This document shows positions 36,835-47,038 of a DNA stretch of 51,660 nt, piece by piece; position 1 is the first letter of the stretch; each line of letters starts with the position of its first letter. The notes under the pieces were generated by a model. That model ran no database searches. It was not told the DNA's origin and saw nothing but the letters and a program-made list of their open reading frames with translations. The translations under genes were made by a program, and so were the position numbers. Source of the stretch: a virus (taxonomy: Duplodnaviria; Caudoviricetes); the IMG/VR virus record IMGVR_UViG_3300029309_000064, positions 1-51,660 of that record. The stretch is one strand, 5' to 3'.

Positions 36835-38750
36835 GTAACTATTTACCAACGGACTATCAGTCCTTCATACACAAATCAAGGTACGCTAAATACTTTGATG
36901 GTAAAGGGCGTGAGTCTTGGAGCGACACAGTAGAGCGCTACATGGATAACGTAGTGCGCCCAAAGCTAGGTGATGATAGCTACGTAAACAACATACGAGA
37001 TGCTATTCTTAACTTAGAAGTTATGCCATCCATGAGGGCTATGATGACTGCTGGCCCAGCGCTAGAGCGTGACAATACTGCAGGGTATAACTGTAGTTAT
37101 CTACCCGTAGATGACCCTAAGTCCTTTGATGAGGCTATGTTTATCCTCCTCTGTGGCACGGGTGTCGGTTTCAGTGTTGAGAGGCAGTACATCAGTAAGC
37201 TCCCTGAAGTCCCTACTCTCTTCGAGAGCGATACCACTATCGTTGTCAAGGACAGCAAGGAGGGATGGGCTAAGGCGTTTAGACAATTGTTGGCACTCCT
37301 TTGGGCTGGTGAGATTGCTAAATGGGATGTAACTAAAGTTCGTCCTGCAGGTGCAAGACTTAAAACTTTTGGTGGCAGGGCATCAGGGCCAGGACCACTA
37401 GTAGAACTATTTAACTTTGCAGTACAGACATTCAAGGCTGCACAGGGCAGAAAGCTATCCTCAATAGAGTGTCACGACTTGTTGTGCAAGGTTGGTGAGA
37501 TAGTAGTTGTGGGCGGTGTTCGTAGGTCAGCTATGATAAGCCTAAGTAATTTGGATGATGATCAAATTCGCCATGCTAAATCAGGTAAATGGTATGATGA
37601 ACCTGACCTAAACATATACCGTTTTGGCTATCGTTCCTTAGCAAATAATTCAGTAGCCTACGATAAGAAACCCGACAGTCCATCTTTTATGCGAGAGTGG
37701 ATGGCTCTGGTTGAAAGCGGTAGTGGTGAACGTGGTATATTTAATAGACAGGCTGCACAGGTACAGGCTGCTAAGAATGGTAGGCGTGATCCTAACCATG
37801 ACTTTGGCACTAATCCTTGCAGTGAGATCATACTTAGGCCGTATCAGTTCTGTAATCTTACGGAAGTTGTGGTCAGGGCTACAGATGATATTGAAAGTCT
37901 TGAGCGAAAGGTACGTGTTGCAACAATATTGGGAACAATACAATCCTCCTACACTAAGTTTCCCTATCTGCGTAAGGTGTGGCAAAACAATACAGAGGAG
38001 GAGCGATTGCTTGGCGTGTCACTGACAGGCATAATGGACAATCGTTTAATGACACCTAAGAATAAAGGCTTAGAAAAAACACTGGAGCACCTAAAGAATG
38101 TCGCCATTTCTACTAACGATGAACTTGCTGGGCGTCTTAATGTACCGCCCTCTGCTGCAATTAGCTGCGTCAAACCGTCAGGGACAGTCTCCCAATTGGT
38201 TGACTCCGCAAGTGGTATACACGCTAGGCACTCTCCATATTATATCCGTACTGTACGTGGTGATAACAAAGATCCCCTCACTCAGTTTATGAAAGATCAA
38301 GGCATACCCAGTGAGCCGTGTGTATTCAAAGGTGACACAACCACTGTGTTTAGTTTTCCTGTAAAGTCACCCAACGGTGCAGTAACTAGAAATGATATGG
38401 CAGCCATAGAACAGCTAGACTTGTGGCTTACGTATCAACGTCACTGGTGTGAACACAAACCTAGTGTAACTATTACAGTGCGTGACGATGAGTGGATGGC
38501 AGTAGGAGCTTTCGTGTACGAGCACTTTGACGAAATGTCAGGTGTATCTTTCTTGCCACACTCAGATCATACTTATCAGCAAGCCCCATATCAGGATTGC
38601 ACTAAGGATGAGTATGAGTTATTATTAAGTTCGATGCCAGAAAAAATAGATTGGTCTAAGCTTTCTGAGTACGAACAAGAAGACAACACTTTAGCAATGC
38701 AAACAATGGCTTGCTCTGGTGATGTGTGCGAAGTAGTTGACATAACATAA
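36831..38750 (+). CDS. nrdJ: Class II (B12-dependent) ribonucleotide reductase
   Basis: PSMR, YNC, GTGVGFS, GGVRRSA, TNPCSEI, VKPSGT, C-terminal CSGDVCE; ATG at 36831. Confidence 0.92.
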   Translation: MSNYLPTDYQSFIHKSRYAKYFDGKGRESWSDTVERYMDNVVRPKLGDDSYVNNIRDAILNLEVMPSMRAMMTAGPALERDNTAGYNCSYLPVDDPKSFDEAMFILLCGTGVGFSVERQYISKLPEVPTLFESDTTIVVKDSKEGWAKAFRQLLALLWAGEIAKWDVTKVRPAGARLKTFGGRASGPGPLVELFNFAVQTFKAAQGRKLSSIECHDLLCKVGEIVVVGGVRRSAMISLSNLDDDQIRHAKSGKWYDEPDLNIYRFGYRSLANNSVAYDKKPDSPSFMREWMALVESGSGERGIFNRQAAQVQAAKNGRRDPNHDFGTNPCSEIILRPYQFCNLTEVVVRATDDIESLERKVRVATILGTIQSSYTKFPYLRKVWQNNTEEERLLGVSLTGIMDNRLMTPKNKGLEKTLEHLKNVAISTNDELAGRLNVPPSAAISCVKPSGTVSQLVDSASGIHARHSPYYIRTVRGDNKDPLTQFMKDQGIPSEPCVFKGDTTTVFSFPVKSPNGAVTRNDMAAIEQLDLWLTYQRHWCEHKPSVTITVRDDEWMAVGAFVYEHFDEMSGVSFLPHSDHTYQQAPYQDCTKDEYELLLSSMPEKIDWSKLSEYEQEDNTLAMQTMACSGDVCEVVDIT

Positions 38751-38761
38751 AGGAGAATAAC

Positions 38762-38875
38762 ATGTTTGAAGTCATCTCATTTTTTGCTGCTGTGGGTATT
38801 ACAGTCGGTGCTATCACAGAGATTATAATACCGTTGGTTAGCCAAGGCACTGAACTTATAAAGACAGTTCTATGA
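38762..38875 (+). CDS. 37-aa hydrophobic peptide
   Basis: AAGGAG RBS; MFEVISFFAAVGITVGAITEIIIPLV... Confidence 0.5.
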   Translation: MFEVISFFAAVGITVGAITEIIIPLVSQGTELIKTVL

Positions 38876-39063
38876 AGTGGATACTAATCTTTGTAATGTT
38901 TAATAATGGCGTTCACTATTCTCAAAGCTTGCCTCTCTTGTATGATAATTATGACACATGTAAGATAGCGGCTGAAGATGTAAAGCAAAGATTAGAGGGT
39001 ACTAAACCTAATGATGCTGCATACGCCTTATCTTTCTGTGTAGCTTTACCAGAAGGTGCGTAA
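38872..39063 (+). CDS. Small exported/membrane protein (63 aa)
   Basis: MKWILIFV N-terminus, two Cys; ATGA overlap. Confidence 0.55.
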   Translation: MKWILIFVMFNNGVHYSQSLPLLYDNYDTCKIAAEDVKQRLEGTKPNDAAYALSFCVALPEGA

Positions 39064-39196
39064 AATAAACTTAGAGGAGGAGGCAAAAAAGTTTCTTGAT
39101 CTGAGAAAGAAAGAAGCTGAACCAGAGGAGTTACGTAAAGAGTTAATAGCTATACTAGAACGTTTTATAAGTGAGCTAAAAAAGAAGGGGCTGTAA
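39056..39196 (+). CDS. 46-aa charged helical protein
   Basis: GTG start overlapping the upstream stop; ends in the terminator; RBS weak. Confidence 0.4.
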   Translation: MRKINLEEEAKKFLDLRKKEAEPEELRKELIAILERFISELKKKGL

Positions 39197-39212
39197 AGCC
39201 CCTCTTTACTTT
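39178..39212. terminator. Bidirectional terminator between the convergent arms
   Basis: AAAAAAGAAGGGGC-TGTAAA-GCCCCTCTTTACTTT. Confidence 0.75.
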
Positions 39213-42200
39213 ATTCTTTTTTCATCTCTCTGTAGTATGATAGTATAGCTTTAAATTGATTTAACTCTGACTCGTTCATGTCTAATGGCGTTTTCATTTT
39301 TAACTTTTTAAGTTCTTCTTCTGTAGCACCTTCATCTCTCAGTTTTTCTAATCGCATATCGTGAAAAAGTTTTTTAGCATTTTTAAATTGCTCACCATCC
39401 CCTGCATAATTCATCACATCGTACTTGTGTTTGTTTTGTTTGTGATGCCTAGATAAGTACGGCATAGCTTCGTTTACTGCATTTCTAGTTTGTTTTAATA
39501 TTTTTTTAACTTCTTTTCTTCTGTAGGTGTTAGTGCCTTGCATAAACTTCTTGTCACTTAAAAGTTTTCTAGCTTTTCTTTCTAGTATAGGACTCACTGT
39601 TTCATTTAACAGCCTGTCATACATAGCTACTCCACTCCTACGACTTGCTGTAAAACCTTTTAAACCTGCCATAGTGTAAACTTTTTCTGATGCAGTTTTA
39701 CTTGGCACAACTTTCACTCCAAAGATAGAGTTTAATGGATTAGGATCGTACAAGTCTCCTCCTCTAGTAGCAACACGCAAGTTAGTAAAATCGTTTTCTT
39801 CATTTGTATCACGAAAGATGTCTAGCATATTATCCACGTAACGTGTAGCTTCAAGAGAGAAAATATCTCCTCCTGTTCTGGCTACCAGTTCTACTTCACC
39901 TTGATCATTTACAACAGCTTTTTGTCTTTTGTCTTTGTGTATGTCTGTGTCGAAGATAAAACCTACTGCTTTATCCAGTATTTGAAAAGGTCTGGTAAAT
40001 CCAGCTAAAAAGCTACCACCTCTTCTTTGTAGTTCTGCAACCCCAGCTTCACCATTTGTTTCATCAAAGAACATGTTTAAGATTCTGTTCATGTCGTTAC
40101 CAAATTGTATGTCTCTAGCGAACTGACCCACACCTATCTGTACGAGCATATCTTGTATCGCCTCTGGAGTAGTGGTAGCGTAGTAAGGTAATGTATCTTT
40201 TTCTATCGTAGGCTCTGCAGGTTTTCCTGGTAAATCTATGCCAAAGATAGATCCTTGTTTGCCTAATTGATTCACTAATCTACCCATAGACATAAACTCA
40301 GACATAGGAAAAGCATTTTTAATATCTATTATTGTGCCGCCACCTACATCTAATTCTGTAGCTTCTAAACCTCTGTCTTGTCTTTCTTGATCCATCCTAG
40401 CTGCCATGATAAGACCAGCAGTGCCTACAGCAGCACGACTAAAAGCTTCCATTGTTTGTATGTCGCCTCTACCTCGCATAATTTTAGCTGTTGCAGGAAG
40501 TAAAGACCAAGGGCCAAGTTGATAAACTGTAGCTATAGTGTTGTTAAAAAACCTACCAAATGGTAAAACAGAACCTAGTACTGGTAAGTTAGATATACTT
40601 TCTACAAACTTAGCTGCACTGCGTATGGCAGGTGCTTGTTCTACTGTAGTGTAGTCTTTTGAGAAAACACTTTTCATTGTAGAGTCCATAGCTAAACCTG
40701 CTATGTCTTCATCTATTACATTAAGGTTGTTATCTCGCATTGCATCAGCAAGTTTAATACCCTTCTTTATCCTAAGATGTTTATCTAACTCTGTCATAAA
40801 CATTTGAGATTTAGTAAAAGTATCTTGTGCTCTAACACCTGTTATATATGTGGCAGCAGCTACATATCTTTCTATAGTTTTGTAAACTTTACTGTCAGGA
40901 TTTATATCAAACTTACTAGCGGAAAGCTCAACACCAGTACCACCTGCAGTCTCGTGTATCAAAGATTTAATATCTTTGTTTTCATCAAGAAACTTCATGT
41001 AAGCATCGTGTGTAGTAAATGGGTCTAGTAAGTTTCTAAACTTCGCGCCCTGCACTTGAAAATAAACTTGTCCTACACGTCTTGCTTCACGTCCTGCTTC
41101 TGTGTTGCCTCGTAGCACACCGTATGCGTAAAACAAACCACCATTCAGAGAGTCAGCTACAGCCTGTCCTAAGTAGTACTGTGACCAGCCAAACACGTTA
41201 GCTGCAGTGGTAGGCACAGATGAGACAAGAGTTCTACGCCATACGTTTTGTAGGTACATAAGTGTCTTAGGTTGCACCTCTCTAGATAAGTAACCTGGTA
41301 GTCCATCCTCTAGGGCATCTCTTATCTCTTTTCTTTCTAGTGATTGATTAATGATGTCGTTACCCATAACAACACCAGCGTTCAGCTTGTTCTTAGCTTG
41401 TGCAAAGACAGAAAGTTCTCTACCTAAACCACTAGAGTAGGATGCTATAACGTCACTAAGTTTAACTTTTGCTGTGGCAACATCACCTAAAGGTAGACCT
41501 GTAGCTTTTTCAAAATCCTTTGATATTGCAAGAAACTCTTCATCAGGCATGACACGTATAACATCAGTTAAAAAGTCAGATATAAATGTGTCTTTATTTA
41601 CTGTAATACCTTTGCTTCTTAAAAAACCCACAAGACCTGTCTCTTTATCTGGTCCTAATAATATCTCTCCAAGCAAACCCTCTGGCATCATTTGATTGCC
41701 ACGTATTTCTTTACCTGCCTCTACCTTTTTAGCCCAAGACTTGTATCCATCACGTATAACTTTTGTAGCTTCAAAGCTTACACCTGCATCTACTGTTCCT
41801 TTAGTAGCAAACTTTTTAAGTGCCATCTCTCTTGTAGCATCACCTAACGAAGAACCACCTACAAACTTTCTAGCACCACTACCTGCTAAACTAAAAGCAG
41901 GAGCTACAGCACCACCTATAAGACCATTTAGTAGGACTTGCTTTTTGTTTATTGCTGTAACAGAATCATCAACGTTTACGTCAAGATAAATGTCTTGTAT
42001 AGCTAAATCTTGAAAAGCAGCTATAGTGGCGTCTGCAGTAAACGTACCACCTAACTCTGCAGCAACACCTTTTAGTCTACGCTTCTTTTCTATATCTCTA
42101 ACTGCACCCATGCCTATAGTACGCAGTGCTTCTCGCCTTGCGTTCATGGCAGCATGATCTAGTGCAACTTTACCTGCACCACTCTTCACTGCGTCCTTAC

Positions 42201-42897
42201 CTAGCTTTTTTATTAGAGATTCTTGTGCTTCAGTTACAGCTTTAGCTACTGCTTGTGATGATGCACCTTTTTTAACTGCCTCTTTATACGCTTGCTTTGT
42301 AACTGCTTTAAGTGCTTTCTTACTAGTCTCTGTAACACCTAATGTAGCGGCTTTACCTAGACCACCAGTGAGTAAACCAATATAGTTTGATGGATCAACT
42401 GCTGCAGCAAAGATGTAATCCTTTATACCATCTATCTTACCGCCTAAAGTTTCACCTCTATTAAAAAGATTACCAAGGTTATCGTACAATCTATATGCGT
42501 CTGCTGCTGCAGCACGATCAGCGTCACTACCTTTTCTAACAAACTGCACTTCACCTGCAAGAGATAGTGTGTTGGTGTTAAACCAACGCATGTGATCTAC
42601 AAAGTCATCGACTAGTTTACTATCGTCTTTTGTAGTTCTGTACTCTTCGCCTTTATGACGTGCCATGTATTCACGTATAGTGTTTAAGTTAGATGGCCTA
42701 TAAAAATCTTCTATCTTTAGTTTTTTATTTTCAGGTATAGTGCTTTCAAATATCTCATCCTCTTTACTGTCTTTTTTATTTAGTAAGTCAGGTATACTTC
42801 CAGTATAAACTTTTTTGTTTGGCACAGTTATAGCTGTACCAACTTTTTTACTGTCTCCAAGTAAGTCAAATATACTACCTTTATAAGCTTCTGTCAT
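39211..42897 (-). CDS. Large internal virion (ejection) protein (1228 aa)
   Basis: Size, Ala/Gly-rich hydrophobic N-terminal third, last gene of the late arm. Confidence 0.65.
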   Translation of the reverse strand: MTEAYKGSIFDLLGDSKKVGTAITVPNKKVYTGSIPDLLNKKDSKEDEIFESTIPENKKLKIEDFYRPSNLNTIREYMARHKGEEYRTTKDDSKLVDDFVDHMRWFNTNTLSLAGEVQFVRKGSDADRAAAADAYRLYDNLGNLFNRGETLGGKIDGIKDYIFAAAVDPSNYIGLLTGGLGKAATLGVTETSKKALKAVTKQAYKEAVKKGASSQAVAKAVTEAQESLIKKLGKDAVKSGAGKVALDHAAMNARREALRTIGMGAVRDIEKKRRLKGVAAELGGTFTADATIAAFQDLAIQDIYLDVNVDDSVTAINKKQVLLNGLIGGAVAPAFSLAGSGARKFVGGSSLGDATREMALKKFATKGTVDAGVSFEATKVIRDGYKSWAKKVEAGKEIRGNQMMPEGLLGEILLGPDKETGLVGFLRSKGITVNKDTFISDFLTDVIRVMPDEEFLAISKDFEKATGLPLGDVATAKVKLSDVIASYSSGLGRELSVFAQAKNKLNAGVVMGNDIINQSLERKEIRDALEDGLPGYLSREVQPKTLMYLQNVWRRTLVSSVPTTAANVFGWSQYYLGQAVADSLNGGLFYAYGVLRGNTEAGREARRVGQVYFQVQGAKFRNLLDPFTTHDAYMKFLDENKDIKSLIHETAGGTGVELSASKFDINPDSKVYKTIERYVAAATYITGVRAQDTFTKSQMFMTELDKHLRIKKGIKLADAMRDNNLNVIDEDIAGLAMDSTMKSVFSKDYTTVEQAPAIRSAAKFVESISNLPVLGSVLPFGRFFNNTIATVYQLGPWSLLPATAKIMRGRGDIQTMEAFSRAAVGTAGLIMAARMDQERQDRGLEATELDVGGGTIIDIKNAFPMSEFMSMGRLVNQLGKQGSIFGIDLPGKPAEPTIEKDTLPYYATTTPEAIQDMLVQIGVGQFARDIQFGNDMNRILNMFFDETNGEAGVAELQRRGGSFLAGFTRPFQILDKAVGFIFDTDIHKDKRQKAVVNDQGEVELVARTGGDIFSLEATRYVDNMLDIFRDTNEENDFTNLRVATRGGDLYDPNPLNSIFGVKVVPSKTASEKVYTMAGLKGFTASRRSGVAMYDRLLNETVSPILERKARKLLSDKKFMQGTNTYRRKEVKKILKQTRNAVNEAMPYLSRHHKQNKHKYDVMNYAGDGEQFKNAKKLFHDMRLEKLRDEGATEEELKKLKMKTPLDMNESELNQFKAILSYYREMKKE

Positions 42898-44756
42898 TGT
42901 CCAAATGTATCCTGTATGTTAGATATAACTGTGTTAGTAAAAAAGTCTGATAGTAAATTCTTTTCAGCATATCTTTTCCACTCAGACAACAATCTATTTT
43001 TATCATTAACAAAACCTTTTTCTTTAGCAAAATCAAAGAAAAACTTTAATTGATCTTGTGTTCTTTTATTAACCTGCTCTAATAAAGGCTCAGTTATTTC
43101 TTTTTGTGTAATAAGTGTTTTAGGTTTACCAGTTCTTCTATCATTAATGTATACTTGATTATCCTCTGTGATTGAAAAGTTTTGACCTCCAAATCTCTCA
43201 ATTGCTTTTACTGTTATGTCTTCTACAGGTTCTACCTCCGCTTCTTTATCCTCTTTTACTTTCTCTCTTACTTCAGATAAACTTTCTCTACGCCCTGTAA
43301 AAAACTCTTTAACTTCATCTCTAAGAAACTTAAACTCATCACTTTCAAACAGACCTACAGTCTCAGCAGATTGCACAGCCTCTCTTACTTTAGGTACAAG
43401 TGCCTCTTTTTCTTCTTCGTTTGCTGCTTCAAACTCTTCTTTAAGGTCTTTCAATTCTACTCTTATATCAGAATCAAGCAAAGGATCATCTACTGTTACA
43501 TCTTGTTCAACGATAGTATCAAGTGCGTTTCTTTCTGAGAGCATATCTACTTTTGCATATGCTAGTTCTTCTGCTGTCATAGTATCCGTATCAGGTCTAC
43601 CTAGTGCTTCCCCTGTTACATCTTGTTCAGCAACATTATTAAGTACGTTTCTTCCTGAGAGCACATCAAAATTAAATCCTAGTTTCTTAAAATCTTTTAA
43701 TTGCTCTGCATTTCCCTCTATTATATCAGTTCTTAATTTTCCTGTTTCTGAATCTGTATAGGTATATTTAATATCGCCACTTATGCTACCGTCTGGAAGC
43801 CCTATATATTCTATTGTGCCATTATCAGTATTTTGTACAATTCGTTGACCTAGATCTTCGTTGAGAGCCTTAACTACAGCCTTACCAATAACTGTTTGCT
43901 TTTGATCATCTAGTTCAGCCTCTGCTGATACAAGCAACTCGTCTGGTACAATTCCTTTAGGTAGCCCTTGAATAAACTCTTGTCCATATAAACCTATATA
44001 TTTTTGCATTACTTGCGTTTGAGCATCTAAAATTATTTTATTTTGTTCTCCCTCGCCTATAGCTGCTTTAAAAGCAGGTGTTCTACTTACTAGTTTTTCT
44101 ACACCCTCTAACTCTTTAAAAAACTGTTCGTTTGTTTTTAAGGAATCATACACGTCTACGTCAGCTTGCTCTAAAGTTAAAAATACACCAGCACCTTCAG
44201 GAGCTAGGCTTTCATAAGCATCCTGTCTAGCTAACTCTATAGTACGCATTTTATCAGCACCAAGTCTAGATTTGGCTGTGCCTTTAGGGTCAACTGCAAA
44301 CATGCGTTGAAATACATTTCTATTGTCTGTAAGTTCTTTAGTGTCTTCCTCTAAGCTCATCAAGTTACGTGAACGTTCAAAGAACTCCTCTACGTCACCC
44401 TCTTCAAATAAGTCCTCACCCTCTATCAGTGCTCCTGCTTCTGTTGTAGCAAGCTTGCGCCCTCCCAATAAAGCAGATTGTTTTTCCATTGCACCAACAA
44501 ACTTTAACAAACCGCCCTTACCTGCTGCATGGGCTGCTTTTAACATCTCATCACTTGCACCTAAAAACTTACCTTTACTGTATAGGCGCATGTCTTGTGC
44601 AACTAAATCTTTTCTATTGTTAAATATTTTTTTAGCTTCATCATACTCTTCTTCGTACTTATCAGTATAAGCTTTACGTTCCTCTGCTCTTTCAAGTATA
44701 CCTTTGCTTACTTGATTAAGGAAGCCTGTTGTAAATGATTTGTAATCAAAAGCCAT
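42894..44756 (-). CDS. Probable internal virion protein (620 aa)
   Basis: Acidic helical protein in the ejection-protein cluster. Confidence 0.55.
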   Translation of the reverse strand: MAFDYKSFTTGFLNQVSKGILERAEERKAYTDKYEEEYDEAKKIFNNRKDLVAQDMRLYSKGKFLGASDEMLKAAHAAGKGGLLKFVGAMEKQSALLGGRKLATTEAGALIEGEDLFEEGDVEEFFERSRNLMSLEEDTKELTDNRNVFQRMFAVDPKGTAKSRLGADKMRTIELARQDAYESLAPEGAGVFLTLEQADVDVYDSLKTNEQFFKELEGVEKLVSRTPAFKAAIGEGEQNKIILDAQTQVMQKYIGLYGQEFIQGLPKGIVPDELLVSAEAELDDQKQTVIGKAVVKALNEDLGQRIVQNTDNGTIEYIGLPDGSISGDIKYTYTDSETGKLRTDIIEGNAEQLKDFKKLGFNFDVLSGRNVLNNVAEQDVTGEALGRPDTDTMTAEELAYAKVDMLSERNALDTIVEQDVTVDDPLLDSDIRVELKDLKEEFEAANEEEKEALVPKVREAVQSAETVGLFESDEFKFLRDEVKEFFTGRRESLSEVREKVKEDKEAEVEPVEDITVKAIERFGGQNFSITEDNQVYINDRRTGKPKTLITQKEITEPLLEQVNKRTQDQLKFFFDFAKEKGFVNDKNRLLSEWKRYAEKNLLSDFFTNTVISNIQDTFGQ

Positions 44757-44757
44757 C

Positions 44758-45372
44758 TTACATACCTCCTCTTGACATCAGCCCAGCGCCTTGCTCTTTT
44801 TCCTCTGGAGGTATACCCTCTGTTCCCTGCAAGTCTGCTGCTTCTGGTGGCATTTCTTCTACATCCTCTACATCTTCTGCTTGCTCTTGCTGCTCTAAAG
44901 TATCTGACATTTCTTGTAACAACTGTACGCCTCTGTCATCTGCACTTTCAGCTTCAACACCTTTAGCTATGGCAGCTTGAAACATCATGTGTAGTTTCTT
45001 TTGTTCTTTTTCTTCCTTTTGTACTTTTGGATTAACATCACTAAACTTATAATCTATACCGTATGACTTAGCAACAGAAGCTAAAAACTCAGACAACACT
45101 GGTGCAACTAAAATACCTACATCTAAGTTGTGTTTACCATTCATTACGGATGTCATGTACATAGTCTTAACTACAGGATTAATAGGCACACCCATATCTA
45201 ATACAGTCATAATGTCATCTATAACTTCATCATTACTAAAACTTTTAAAGTAGTACTCTAGTGCCTCTTCTACTGTGTTTAACTCAGGAGGACGTTCAAA
45301 GGGTCTTTCTCCTAACTTGTTTAAAGTAAGAGAGGAGCCAGGTAAAGGAGCATTAAATTGTGATACTTGCAT
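44758..45372 (-). CDS. Probable virion protein (about 204 aa)
   Basis: FNAPLPGSSLT...RPFERPP motif; ATG at 45372 within ORF 44758-45405. Confidence 0.55.
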   Translation of the reverse strand: MQVSQFNAPLPGSSLTLNKLGERPFERPPELNTVEEALEYYFKSFSNDEVIDDIMTVLDMGVPINPVVKTMYMTSVMNGKHNLDVGILVAPVLSEFLASVAKSYGIDYKFSDVNPKVQKEEKEQKKLHMMFQAAIAKGVEAESADDRGVQLLQEMSDTLEQQEQAEDVEDVEEMPPEAADLQGTEGIPPEEKEQGAGLMSRGGM

Positions 45373-45382
45373 CTTTATTTTC

Positions 45383-45826
45383 CTACTTAGTAAACCCTGC
45401 ACCAAAGTACAGTCCTACGATTGCTGATACTATGTGTGTGTCTAGTGGTGTGATTACAAAGCCTTTTGCCATCTTCCACTGTATTGCTTCCTCTGGTCCA
45501 AACAACCAGTTAAATAAACCACCTGTTGCTTCTGTGTAACCCACATAAACACTAACATCAGGATACCATACTGCAACTAGCTTTGGCAAAACAATAATGC
45601 TAAACACTGCAGATAAAGCTATGATGCGTCTAGTCCAAGCGAAATGACTGTCGTTCTTACCTGCGTTCCTAGCTTCGTTAACTTGCTCTGCTCTAAACTG
45701 TGCAGTCTGGAGCATCATCTTATTTTGCTCTTGGCGATTCTTCATGCTCTGACCCCAGATAGACATAACGCCACCTAGTATTGTAGAGAAGAGCATCGTT
45801 ATAAGTTCTAGTGGTAAGCCTAACAT
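45383..45826 (-). CDS. Membrane protein, holin candidate (147 aa)
   Basis: Three hydrophobic segments, WTRR, GLYFG; adjacent to the lysozyme-like gene. Confidence 0.5.
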   Translation of the reverse strand: MLGLPLELITMLFSTILGGVMSIWGQSMKNRQEQNKMMLQTAQFRAEQVNEARNAGKNDSHFAWTRRIIALSAVFSIIVLPKLVAVWYPDVSVYVGYTEATGGLFNWLFGPEEAIQWKMAKGFVITPLDTHIVSAIVGLYFGAGFTK

Positions 45827-47025
45827 TAGATTTCTATATCATCCATTGAGTTGCTTTTATCAAGACCTTGATATACTTTGTCATTACCTGATACGGAAGG
45901 TGTGTATTTGTGTATTTCATTTCCATCAGCATCTTTCCAAATAAAAGAAGGTTTTTCTCTTGTGCCGCCTACAGAAATAGTTTTTACAGGTTTAAAATCT
46001 TTGTCTCCCATCATCAATCCATTGTACTCTTGTGCACGTCTTTTTGAAAGACCCTTACTAGATGTGTAAATTATTTTTCCGTCTTTATCTTTTTTTCTAG
46101 TATTGTCATCATTTCTAGGAGAACCTAATACAACGGACGCTAGAGAATCTTTAGCTGCGTCAAAATCAGGTGTGTCTTTAGATAAAGCTGTAACTAAACC
46201 ATTAGGTAAACTGCCTGTGTTTATATACATAGAAAAAACATTAATTTTTTTAGTATCTGTTAAACCTTTAAATACATCTGGGTATTTTTTATCAGCTTCA
46301 TTATACATTTTTTGATAAACATCTTTTGCTAAAACTCTTCTATCTTTGTACTTTTCAGAATCAGGATCAAACCCATAAGTTTTAGCAGTAGCAGGTAAAA
46401 CACCATAACCTAATGTTTTTATACCTAAGTGATCTATGTGATCTTCTTTGCTTTCTAAATCTCCTATCTTATCTACAAAAGAGTCTATAAAAGATTTAGG
46501 ATCAATAGGTCTACTCATAAGACCGCCAACTACTTTTTTGTCGATGGCTGCACCTCCATCAGCATCGTTGGTGTCAATATCAAGAGGGTCATCACGAGTA
46601 ATAGTTGATAAGGTTTCCATAATTTTACTTTGTAATTTTTTATCATCTATCATTACCTCTGGCTTTGTAATTTTAGTAGGTATGTTAATTAACCCATCTA
46701 CTGCACCATCAGGATTAGCTAAAGATAAATCTAAAATACTTACACCTTCAAGATTAGCTTCTCTAGCTGCGTTTTCTTTTCTAACTGTTTTAGTAGTTTG
46801 TAGTTCATCATCATCGCCACGCATATAATCTTTAAAACCATCCAAGAATCTAGATAGTATACTACCTGCTTTTTCTTGTTGTACAGGTTGCTCTTCTTGT
46901 TCAGGTACATTAGTAATGGTTTTAGAGCCTAGACCTGCTGTGGGTACAGGATCAGGCTTTGCCTCTTCCTGTATTTCCTCATACACATTTTGTATGTAGG
47001 ATGATATTAAGTTTTCTCTATTCAT
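45826..47025 (-). CDS. Protein with divergent GH24 (T4-type) lysozyme domain (399 aa)
   Basis: LE...DHLGIKTLGYG, SMYINTG and GLSKRRAQE match GH24 motifs. Confidence 0.6.
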   Translation of the reverse strand: MNRENLISSYIQNVYEEIQEEAKPDPVPTAGLGSKTITNVPEQEEQPVQQEKAGSILSRFLDGFKDYMRGDDDELQTTKTVRKENAAREANLEGVSILDLSLANPDGAVDGLINIPTKITKPEVMIDDKKLQSKIMETLSTITRDDPLDIDTNDADGGAAIDKKVVGGLMSRPIDPKSFIDSFVDKIGDLESKEDHIDHLGIKTLGYGVLPATAKTYGFDPDSEKYKDRRVLAKDVYQKMYNEADKKYPDVFKGLTDTKKINVFSMYINTGSLPNGLVTALSKDTPDFDAAKDSLASVVLGSPRNDDNTRKKDKDGKIIYTSSKGLSKRRAQEYNGLMMGDKDFKPVKTISVGGTREKPSFIWKDADGNEIHKYTPSVSGNDKVYQGLDKSNSMDDIEI

Positions 47026-47038
47026 GTATCTCTACTCA

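Noticed and set aside
37560-37650. Intein or intron in nrdJ at the WYDEPDLNIYRFGY segment
   Set aside because: Only a few extra residues, frame intact, no splicing motifs
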